Shown here: positions 39,313 to 51,077 of the stretch, one piece after another
Position numbering within the stretch: the first letter of the stretch is position 1
Layout: each line of letters begins with the position of its first letter
From: Ascidiella aspersa
Taxonomy: Eukaryota
Direction: 5' to 3'
NCBI GenBank assembly: GCA_963924565.1
Contig: OZ004607.1
Span: 29,202,001-29,266,000, forward strand
Length of the DNA stretch: 64,000 bases
Notes under the pieces: model-generated
What the model saw: only the letters and a program-made list of their open reading frames with translations
Told to the model about the DNA's origin: nothing
Databases searched by the model: none
Position numbers and translations under genes: made by a program

Positions 39313-40316
39313 ATCTAATCATAAGTGTCTTTGGTAATTGCTATGCCTAAAGGCAATAAAAATCAGCATTCTTCTCACCATCGAAGTACATGGACCGTTA
39401 TCAGTTAGGATTTATTTTCTATAACCGGTATTATTTTTTCCGGGAAATTTTAGTAGAACCAATACCTATACAATGATATAAGCCTTGGAAGAATGCATTC
39501 CATTCATTATCTATTTTACTTTACGTTTGTGGGTTCCGAGAAAATTAACACTTAGCTTGAGAGGTCTTTCACAGTGATCACGGAGGCGTTGGCCGTGGGG
39601 CCCAAGGGAGGCAGCCATTGCACTTCGGCTTGACTGGTTGGCCGTACAATTTCTGTTGGCGTGGTGTGCGTTCGCGCAAAACCGCATAAAAACGACTAGA
39701 GAAAACTTTATTTAGTACGTATTTTAAGAAAGTTTTAGTTTTTGCTTCCTTCGCATTACAAGTTTTGGCTTGTCACGTAGGCACTTTTGTGTTCGTTAGT
39801 GTTATGTTAGGCTATATATTTTGCATGTAATATGATAGGAAATGCAAGGGGGTATACTACACTGTTGACCACCGTACTACAATTCTAAGGAATATGGATT
39901 TACTACCGCGCAACACAAGCATGCTGCTTTAGTATTGCGATCAAAGAATAATGTGCTAGCAACGGCCACTGTTGGAATAGGCTTGTCACGTTTCCGACCA
40001 CAAAAGCCAGACCGCCTTAGAAAAAAAAGGATTTAACACTTCGTCATTTAGCATAGCAAGCACGCTGGACAGACCGTTGCCGAGAATAGATCGCTATAGT
40101 GTTTACATCTTAGAAACGATATCTATTGTCACATTAGGCAATAGTAAATGGTTGAATGTTAAATGAAGCAGCTCAGGTTGGTTGATTTATTTGTTAAATA
40201 ACCGAAAAAAGTACAAAAATAGTGTTGGGCGTGTTTGTTCTTCAGTTTTAACACAAGTATTTTTTCTTTAGGCTGGATAAGTTTATTGAGTTTAATATTT
40301 ATTTATTTATAAAATA

Positions 40317-43300
40317 ATGACTAAAAAAATAGTTTGGATTCTTATTCTTGCCACATATGTAACTTGTTCAAACTGTAAGGTAAGTACCACTAGGTCATGT
40401 TATATAATAAGTCAAAATATAAATTAATTTGTTGTTAAAAATATATATACTGGTATAAAGATTGTTGTCGATAGTAAACAGTGATTTGTCATGCTAAAAA
40501 CGATTTTGCAGCTTGAAATTGCGCGACTGTGTAGCATTTAGCCTACTTTTACGTCACTATTCACGTGACCATTGTCCACTGACGTGTGACCGCCGCACCT
40601 AGCGAATTGCTTTTCCGCATTTGACAATTCATTCTACTTTATACGTCTTACTGATTAGCGGCTTGAATCACCGCTCTGTTTATCGCTGTATTTCTGAGAT
40701 TTGTGAATATACTCTAAGAGCAACTATCTACTGAGTGGATTGTCTTTGCTTAGAGTACAAGAAGTTAAGGACAGGTATTCTAGCGGCCTGCTCCTTTGGA
40801 GTCGGATTAAGAACTTGCAAGAGACTTAGGCAGCCGTCGGCCCTCGTCTATAGGGTCAGCAGCCTTCCTATAGCTCCCTACAACGCTTCAACTGTAATAA
40901 CTCTTCGCCCTAATTTGCACGGCTGTAATAATGTTATTTGCAAAACTAAACCCTGCGAGGCCTTACTTTCCAACCTGGGACACTACTAGGTGCTGACAAG
41001 ATAGAGCTAACCATCTGTAATTGACAATAATATAATTCATGTTCAGTTAATATAACTATCTTCCCGGCAGAAACACAAAATGTTCATTTTTCACAAATTT
41101 AAAATGGATTCTTTGTTTTTCCAGTCTTTCTAAAAAAACTGAACCAAGAAGAAAACTACACAGTATTTAAAAATATAATTTCATCCAAGAAGTGTTTTAA
41201 AAAGACCTCCCAACTGCGATTTGCCGTTCATATTTCACATATGCCTGTCTTTTTAGGATCAAGAAAATGAAGATAAAATAAATCAATATCAAGACATTGA
41301 ACTTGGTCTACCTAGAGTCAGTAGGGTAATTGATATTGGGGATGACGATAAAGCTTGGGTTATTGATGATGCTATTACCATCCAACAAAGATATTCATTT
41401 GTAAATGTCCATACAAATCCAGGAAACCCACTTGAGTTTACTTTTATGCATGAGGTAAGAAAAATTGTAACAATGCCTACTGCAATTATTATTTTAGAAT
41501 ATTTTCATTTCTATTAAAAATTATATTTTTAAAATTATAGACAATTGGTCGTATAAACCAACTAACCATTTTTTAATAGACAAACAGATATAAAACATTG
41601 TTTCGTTAATCAACAAAACACTTCATAATTTCCCTAATTAGTTATGGAAATAAATGTGCATGGAATGTCTTGCAGAATTATACAAAAGCTGACCCAAATG
41701 TAGAATGGAACTTGGGAGCAGCTCCATGGAGCAAAAGTCTCAATATGTCTCAAACCAAGGTTGCATCATTTTGGAAAGATTTACAACCAATGGTTGAAAA
41801 TTCACTTGGAAAAAAGGTATATATGAGTTTTCACTTTTATTGATTTGAAAAGATAGACTTTCGCAGATTTGTTCAGTTTCGTTCTTATTAACCAAATAAC
41901 ATAAAGAATTGGTTTTGTCACTCGTGTATTTCATGTTATATATGTTGTACCAAATATATCTGTTTTATTGTGTATATTTATTTTTGTTAAAAAAATATTG
42001 TTGCTGCTATTATAATAGTCTACCTTTTCCATTAAGTTTTTCCTTTTTCTGTTTGGCTTAACCTACATAGTACAAGTAAAATCCTATTTGTGTTTTAGAT
42101 TGAATTGCAACATGGAGAGTTAAATTATGTTCGAGCTTTAGATGCTATTGTTCCTAACGTCAATCGCTTCTGCCATCCTAACCGTTACATCCTAACTGTT
42201 TTCTTCAACGATCTGTGGAGACTAAACAATTATGCACAGGTTTCTTTTAGAATGAAACTTTTCCCAAAAACATTTTCAATTTTATTTTCATCTTAAATTA
42301 GACTAACTCTACCATTATCAGCAAGGGATTTTCTTTGATGTTAGTGTTTTAAACAAAATGTAAATGGCTTGTTGCTTATATTTAATTATGGTAGTTTTAG
42401 TAACATGTTCAGTTTTCTATTAAGGCGTATCCTGTTGTATTTTTCACAACTTATAACATTTTGTTATATGTATCAATTCTGATATATACCTCTTTTGTTT
42501 AATTCTTGATCAGTTGCATTTTTTTGCAGATGTCATTCTACAGCATGATGCGAAACCCAAATGTAACAAGTGAACTTCGCCTTGAAATCACAGAAACTGT
42601 CCACCCTCATGAAAACCGGGCTGTTTTGTGGCCGTCCTGTCATGTGCACATGCTAAGAGCGCCGTGTGTTAACTACTATCAGCATCTTACATACGCAAAC
42701 TTGTATGTTACAGCTAGTGACAAGCCAGCCGAAGGTACATGTGCTTTTTTATTTGTAGCTAATTAATTATTACAGAAGATGTGTTGACATTGCAATAACT
42801 GTTAAAGGCATGCAGGTAAATGTGCTTTTATATTTGTAGCTAATTAATACAAAAGATGTGTTTTTATTGCAATAACTGTTAAAGCAGTTTTAGTTTTGTT
42901 CATCCCTAGCATCTATCTCCAGATTTCATTCACCCTTCTCATGATATGATAAAACCATCTCGTAAACAGCACAAAATGACTTAATTTGTTTCGCAAGCTA
43001 TCATCCATTTCTGACGGTTCATCCTTATTCACCCCTTTTGGTTGGTTCACCCTTGCGGAAATTTCATTCACCCTGGGGTGAACCATTCACCTGATTAAGA
43101 AACAATGTGTTAAAGGCATGCACTGTAATTTTGTACCAATTGAACCAACCCATCTTGCGCCATGCTTAAAAGTAAATTCTTGTTAAAGAATTCAATTTTA
43201 ACTGTCTACGTGATATAACTCCAACCATATGGTGCTGCTCTACAACAGACTTTCCTGTTTGTTGGCCTGACAGGAAGCTTAGACGCCATATTCTTTTTTT

Positions 43301-46300
43301 CAATCTGTTCGTCTTAGGAACACTAAACACGGATCTGTTGATTATCTTCAGTAGAAAGAGAGTGGCCCAAATAAGTTTGCTATTAAAAGAATGAATCTTT
43401 TATCTATTATTTGGGCCACTCTCTTTCTACTGTTCGTCTTATTTCTATGTCAAAGCAATTTATTGAACTTTGCTAGATCTTATTGGTTGGTTACATTTTT
43501 TTAACTCAAGAGTTTTCATAAATAGGCTTTTCAGAAAGTTATTTTCCTAAATATCAAATTTTATATAAACTATTCAGTAAATTTTAATATATGTTAATAG
43601 GAATTTATTAGTTAGTCATTGTCGCTTTTATTTTATTTATTTTAGTGTAACTCTCTGAAAAATACGTCATTTCCAGTGTTCATTTTTGGTTTTTAAACAA
43701 TCTTGCTTTAATGTTTATTAAGTTAGCCTTAAAATTGATAGCTAAAAGAGCAGAAACAGAAATAAATTTGCCACACTGATTAAATTGGATAAACAATAAG
43801 GCCAACTTAATCTCAAATTTATATAAATTAAAAAAAAATGACTAACACTTCTAGTTGGATTTTTTTTGGCCAATAAAATCCGAATTAGGAACTCTGTTGA
43901 GAACCACTTGCCCAGGTTAATTAATTAATTAATATTTTGCAGCCATTACAGTCAACAAACATGAAGCTCCGTCAAAAGCAATGGAATCACTGTTGGCTCA
44001 ATTCAACTTACCAAACCCCCAAAACGTTCAAGAGATTAATTTTGACAAATATCTAACAAGGACGTTTTATGATGAGACAAAAAACAGGTAAACAATTCCT
44101 TCTTTTTGTTTATTCACCGTTTTTTTTGTTACTTTTTTTTTATTTTACTAATTGAAGCCATTCTTTATATATCGGAACCTTTAATTTAAAAGCAATCAGA
44201 GTTTCGTGAATGGAAAAGGTGTGTAATTCACAACTTTAATACTGGATGAAATAGCCTAACTTTCCCCAATGTAATTTGGGTATTTACAGGATCGAATTTT
44301 TGCACTTCTGCTCACCAATGTGAGTGCAAATTGCTCCAGGCTAGTGTTGATTGGTGCCAACCCACACAGGGGTTCTTACATTAATTTTAACCAGGTTGCA
44401 TTCATTTTTTTAGAGATAACGCCCTAAAACAAGAAGTCCTAAAAACATGCTGTTATCACTTAAACAAATATGAAACTGAAATAAAGTCTAAATATTTTCA
44501 AGGAGAAGGTGACAAAGCAAGGACCCCCTTACACCAATTCACGTACCCCCAGTTTAAGAAACCCTGGTCTAGTACATTGTCCAATGTATCAAGTGTATAA
44601 AAGGGGAACACTAAACACGGATGTGTTCATAATCTTCAGTAGCAAAAGAATGGCCCAAATAAAAGAATGAATCTTTTATAATTTATTTCGGTCACTCTTT
44701 CTCTACTTAAGATTATGAAAGTGGGATTACTCTTATGAATTTTTGGGCAAAATGAACACGTCCTTGTTGAAACTTATTTCACGCACCCTTCCACAAAGGC
44801 CCATCCACGTGTTTGACGACTTGTTTACTACTGAGGAACTTCGGGCTTGGCGTGAGCTCTTACTTCGTTCCAAGCCTCACATCACCTCATTTGACCCTGC
44901 ACCACTTCAGGATCATGACAACGTTCAGTGTATGTCATCGTATGGGGTACGTACCCTCGTGCTTTTATAGGTTTGCGTAAAAAGAAATAACATCAGTGCG
45001 CTTTCTTCCCTAAAGTAATCGTTAAATTTTTAATCATTAAATTCTCTTGCAGTTTTGTACTATAATATAAAAAAAATGGTTTTAATATTTTTACTAATTT
45101 TTTTTGTTCGAAAAAATACAGCCCAATATAAAATACTATTTCTGCCCCTTCAAAGTAAATGAACGATAAAACATGCCACGCTTCTCGAAAGTATTGTTTT
45201 ACAGCAGTGGTTCTCAACCGGGGTGCCCTGGCACTCTATAGGGTGCCATTTTTGACGCTCAAGGGTGCCAAAAGATATTTCAAATTCTTTAGGATTTGAA
45301 TTTTGGCTCTATTAGTAAGCTACTTAAAACAATTTTTTGTGTACGATAAAAATTCCTAAAATGGGTTTTGTCAACCTTGTTGCAAAGGTGCTGTTACAAT
45401 CTCGTTTATTGTAACGTTACAATTGACCACTCAGCAAAAATACGAGCAAGGGTGTCGCGCACTATTTAATATTTCCGTAGTGTGCCATAAGCCAAAAAAG
45501 GTTGCGAAACACTGTTTTACAGGTTTTCACTATGACTAAAGGCTGACGCTCTCCGTGATGCAATGTTAGCCAAATTAATCTAGTTAAAAAATTTCTATGC
45601 TTATAAATGCAGTAAGCTTCTTCTATATTGAAATTTTGTTAAATACGCAATTTTTTTAGCGCTTCGCGCGCATCTTTTTGCCAGTCTCATTGTCACTCGA
45701 TTCCATTTGCGCACAAGTTCAACGATAGTAGCAAGTTTGTGGACCTTATATGTCCTTCGACTTTACTTTTTGACGATGCTTTGCGGCATCATCGGTAATC
45801 TTTTCATATCCCGACCAAACGAAAATGTAGCCTGCTTTATGTGGCCCGCCAAGAATATGCAACAAATATTGTGGCCCTCGATGCTGTCAACCTTGGACAA
45901 CCCTGACCTAGAACACAAGTATGAGTTTTAAACAATCTCATACTTAGCTAAAACCCCTCCCTTAGCTTTATCACTATAACTGCACCAATAACTCTATTCC
46001 TAGCCCAACTTCGAACATCACCCAGTACCCTAACCAAACAATCCTGTTCCTAAACAGCGATTTTAACCGGCAATGTCCGACAGTCGGTGCCCAAACGGCC
46101 ATTCGTCCCATAACTCTATCGGCACGGTTTATATACTGTTTACGCCATTTGGAGCGTATTTCAAAGGGTTTATGGCTTACAGGTTTTGCTGCTATGTGAA
46201 GGTATCCTTATATACTAGGGTTTCTTAATTTTTATTTTACCGCGGACCCCTAACTTTTTTTGCTTTGCATGGACTAGATTAGGCAAGATATTTTGACCGA

Positions 46301-49300
46301 TGACGTTAAAATTGACGTCACAATGCCAAATAGAAAAATAATTTCAGTTTCCGGTTTAAAAAATGTGAAAGAGAAATGGAGTCTAAACACTTCAAGTGCA
46401 GAAACGTTTTTTTTAATTTAACTTTTTTCTTTGAAAAATTAATTACTTTCCATAGATACACTAAAATTTCAATCAGACCTTCGTGGACCCCTTAAAACTA
46501 GTTTTCGTACCCCAAAAGGGTCTATGGAGACCAGTTTAAGAACCCGTACAAAAGTCGTTGCCCTGGATGTTTTGACAGTCGTGTGCGTTTTGCGCAGGTG
46601 GAAGACTTCGCCAATTCAATTATGTGGCCTCGCTTTCAAGCCCTGCTCGAGTACGTATCCAACGAGACCGAGTGGTATCCCTACGACATCGCTCTCAACT
46701 ACATCAGGGCTGGGGACCACACCAGGATCCACCCCGACTCCGAGCCCCATCAGGTATGGGCGTGGTGAGCTGCGGCTGATCACAGCAGTGGTTCCCAAAC
46801 TTTCTAAACCGTGACCCAAATTTGAGTTTTATGTACAAACTATGAAATATAATAGTTTTTAGTGAAATAGTCGATTGTTAGCAAACAGATTAAAATGGTT
46901 TAATTGCGGTTTATTCGGATGACTTGTTTACTAAATTTTGTAGTTTCAACAATTACATGAACAAACTTGATTTAAATACGGTCTAAACTGCTTATGATAA
47001 AATAATTCAGTCTATATTAGGGTGAAATGATAAAAAAAATAGAAAACAAATTCTATGATACACTTATACCGGTCCAAGTTAAGCAGATTTCAATCATATC
47101 TGCACCATTCATTTTTTACCTTTCGCAAACCCTAGTTTTCTAGTATTTATGATAGATTAACAATAACGTTTTAAGGCCAACAACGACCGACTTTTATTAC
47201 ATTGGTATGTTCGCCACAATTAACAATTAATCGGGTTTCGAACCTAATTCGATATCAGTCATACCTATAACTAATAAGAATTTGTCGTAATATTGATACT
47301 CTTCTAACACTAGTAGGCTGATATATTTTGTTTTATATTAGAACCTCTAGCGCACCGTTATTTACTCCTCGCAACTTAAGGTAAATTAATCTATTACCTC
47401 CAACGATTTACAACGACTAAAATTGTTTGAATCGCATTTACGTGACCTAAATTGCTCTATATTCGTATTACCATTTAGTTATTTATGTAAAGAACCAAAT
47501 TCGATAGGACTTCTGTAATTTGTTCCCGGAAAGATTGCTTACAGCAGTGGTTCTTAAACTAGGGGGCGTGTGAGGTTCACAAGGGGGGCGTGAGAGGTTC
47601 ACAAGGGGGGCGTGAAATTGACTCCTGGATTATGACTAAACAATAACAACAAGGCAAAGTGATATTTCCCTGCTACTAACTCCCGAATTAAGCATTTGGT
47701 CTCCAAAAAACAGTTACATCCTTCGCATTAATGCAACTGACCTGGAAATAAATTGCAGTTCTGCTTTATGTTTTTGTATGTTGAAACAAGGTGGGGCGCG
47801 AGTTTTGTTAAAATTGTAAAATGGGTGCATGTCTCAAAAAGTTTAACAACCACTGGCTTACAGGGTGTCAGATCAAAATATATCCCAGAACATCACTGTT
47901 TTGCGCTTTAAGAGCTCATTTCTTTATCGCGACTGTACTTGTTCCCAGCATGAATTCACCCTTCTGCTATACTTGAGCGAGGCACTGACGGCAAACGACT
48001 ACGGCGAAACCGTTTTTGTGAAGAAAAACTTTGCCGGCGACGGCATTCACGAGTTCTTAGGCCCTGGCGGGGATGTCTACTCGACCATTTGCGCCATTGC
48101 CCCGAAATTCGGGCGCCTGGCAATCTTCAGAAGTAAGTAACAAACAGCGTCTCCGTTTTTATCTCTGTCGTTGCCCCATTCGTTATGCTGCGATGAAAAG
48201 TCATGATTAAGACTGAGTCGCATTTGAGGACGTATTTTACCACAAAAGAATTACAACTTTACGAGGTTTGAACTCTGTTTTTAACCCTGGGCGCTTTACC
48301 GACTTATCTCAAAGAAACGCTGCACATATACTATTTCGACTATTTTTGACATTAAGTATGCAGCACTATTAGTATTACCCTTCTAATACTCCTTAAGGTT
48401 ATATTACATCATTTAGTTATCTTTAACATTAATTAATGTGCTTATTTCTGGACTATAAAAAAATTAGCAAATGTGTTTTTTTACTCGTCGAATACTCCTT
48501 AAGGGTGTATAATTTAATACAACTTGTAATAAACCATATGTTACTTTTAACCTAACTTTTTAGGCTTAGCAAAGGTTTTTGTTATGCAAACGTCACGTTT
48601 ATTTATGTGATAACGCCAATGAACTCTCCAATTTGATTTGTAAAAAGTAACACGATAGCTTTAGTTTAATCCGAACTCGAAATTTGCCAAAAGTTTCCGA
48701 CTATGCACATATGCACATTTTTTAACCGACATAATTTGCTGTTTGATAAGCGTATTGAACGATTTGTTTTTTAAATTCACTCTCATTCATCTTGGTTAAA
48801 TCAGGGCAAGTTTAAACCCTTGAACTAGGCAAGCGCTTAAGTGTTTTTATTGGTTGACCTAAAATTTTCGCCCGAATATCAAACGACTAAAGAGTGGCAA
48901 ATCCCCGACCAAATATTTGCAAATAAAACACAGCAACTCCTTCAGAGTCGTGTCGGTTTAAACCAGTGGTTCCCACACTTTTTAGCTTGCAGCGTACTAA
49001 AAAATCGTAACTATTTCGATGCACACTGTTGACAGAACAACAATAGAGTAGTTTTACAATCACCCTTAACACACGACTATATGTAAATGTCTTAAAATTA
49101 TTAATTTTTTTATGAATAGTACGTATTTAAGGCTAAAATGCTTGCGTGTATGCCTATTGGTAATACAAATAACTTTTTTTTCCAAAACTACAAAAACTCT
49201 CGCGGCAAACGAATCACTGGGTTAAACGAAAAAAGAAAAAGCATATCGAATATGTCAAAAGTTTTATCGAATATTTCAAATTTTCGCTTTATTTCTTGTA

Positions 49301-50053
49301 GACAACATCGAGCACGCGGCGCACACACCCTCCACTCTGTTCCTTGGCGGGCGCTACACGTTCGCCGTCAAAGTCAGCCGCACCAAGCGTCTTTCTGACA
49401 TAAAGCGGATCTACGAAAGCATGGAAGCGGTGTCCGACGTCACGCCTGTATTGAACAGAGTAAACTGGTAAGTTTAAAAAACCTTCCCTCTGTTTTTTGA
49501 TAAAATAGGTATTGGTATGTAGGTATAGTGCAACGATAAGAGTAAAAATAGTTTTTTGGAGGGGTGCACATTCTCAACCAAAGAAATGGCGTTTTTTACA
49601 ACGAGGGAAAAAAACAATGGATGTTTCTTCTAAAATATGCGACCATTCTTAGTGGAAAAATTAAAAGTGTAAAAGCTGTTTTAAGATGTAGCCGAGTTCT
49701 GTAATCTATATTGGTAAATTACGCTCTTTTTGAGACCAGTGTTTGGTCCATGCGAAGCAAAGGATAAAAATTCTAATCGAATCCCTTTACTCGTACGATT
49801 CATATAAAAGCATTTACCATTTTTTTGTGATGTTTTTTTTATAAACTCGCCCTTATCGCGACGATAAAGTGCCCGACCAACAAGGTACACGTTTAATTGC
49901 AGGCAGCTGCAAATGGGGCGACATGACGACCCAAACGAATCGTCGCTCAGTGACGATATATTACAAAAACTTCTCGTGAAAGTCAAGAAGATGGCGCTCA
50001 AGTCGAAGAGCGATTCCTACACGGAGGCGCTGCAAGAGGCGTACAGTATTTAA
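40317..50053 (+). CDS. Secretory-pathway tandem 2OG-Fe(II) dioxygenase, paralog B, ~565 aa, ORF intact
   Basis: Exons 40317-40379, 41257-41454, 41676-41816, 42099-42239, 42530-42734, 43943-44087, 44799-44946, 46598-46753, 47949-48132, 49302-49467, 49903-50053; same lengths as paralog A, no stops or frameshifts, HPD/H/R retained, ~22 aa differences counted by eye. Confidence 0.85.
40530..40890 (+). mobile_element. Solo LTR (361 bp) in intron 1 of oxygenase paralog B
   Basis: TG...CA termini (TGTAGC...GCTTCA), 4-bp TSD ACTG, empty site in copy 1 at ~17848; near-identical to 52865-53233. Confidence 0.92.
42885..43107. mobile_element. hAT MITE (duplicate of 19803-20025)
   Basis: Same sequence and TSD tgttaaag. 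Confidence 0.8.
45205..45514. mobile_element. hAT MITE (GGGTGCC family), only in copy 2
   Basis: TIRs CAGTGGTTCTCAACC / GGTTGCGAAACACTG; perfect TSD ttttacag. Confidence 0.85.
47545..47855. mobile_element. hAT MITE (duplicate of 23647-23941)
   Basis: Same TIRs and TSD gcttacag, with a small internal tandem duplication. Confidence 0.85.
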
Positions 50054-51077
50054 TGGCCAAAGAAGCGACTCCTTATGGATAAAGTGCGTCACCTTTTGTG
50101 CACCGTCTGTTTTTTTAGGGTAGCAATTCGCAAACGAACAAAACTAACTTCACTTTGGATCATTATATTTGTGATAACAGTTAGTATTTTTCATAGTTCC
50201 GTATCTTGCATTTATTATGAATTGTTATGATCACAGGTAGAAATGTCTAATAATATCTGATGCCAAGCAATCTAACGCGTTGATTCTGATTAACAACTTG
50301 AGGTTATCAAACGCCTCAAACGTTAAAAAATTGGCCTAAAAACTTGGCAAAAACACTTTTTAATCTATTTTGCTTGTTTGAAAATGGTAAAGACGTAAAT
50401 TCGGTTTTATATAGCGATACTATTTGTCCAAAATATTTGGCACCGGAATAAAGTATTAAGAGTCGAACATTCCTCCCTCTAGTGTACAGATTTTTGCTTT
50501 CATTGCAGCCTTTTTGCAATTTATGCTTGCTTTTGTCCCACCGGATAATATTTTGCAGAGTTTTGTAGTGTTTTTACTGCCTATACGAGATTATACTGTT
50601 TCTACTGCCGATGAGATTACACTGCCCTTTTTCTGACTCACCAACCGTTTTGCGGTTTCTATAATGCTTAATTGTGATCATCCAGGTGGCCTCATTTATA
50701 ATGCAAATAACCTTATCTCGCCAATCTATTTTGCAAAACATTTTTTTTAAATAGTTTTCCAACGTTGTCATAATCTTGCCAATTCCTAAAAAAAAACTTT
50801 TTTACAATTTTTGTCGATATTCAATTATATTGTTTATTCTTTTCGAACAGTCTTCAATATTAACTACGACCCAGCTTGTCGAGAGTTTTTTCACTGTTTT
50901 TTATTTGTGCAATATATGATTGGATTGCCGTGCCAATTTAAAGGAGAAAGATGTGAAATAAATTAACGTAAATATGCCAAACTAACAAAGAATTAGCATT
51001 TGCTAAAAAGTAGTTAGTTTTATTTAGACAAGGTTAATCTGGTGTAGCGTTAGCTTACATTTGATGCATAAAAATAT

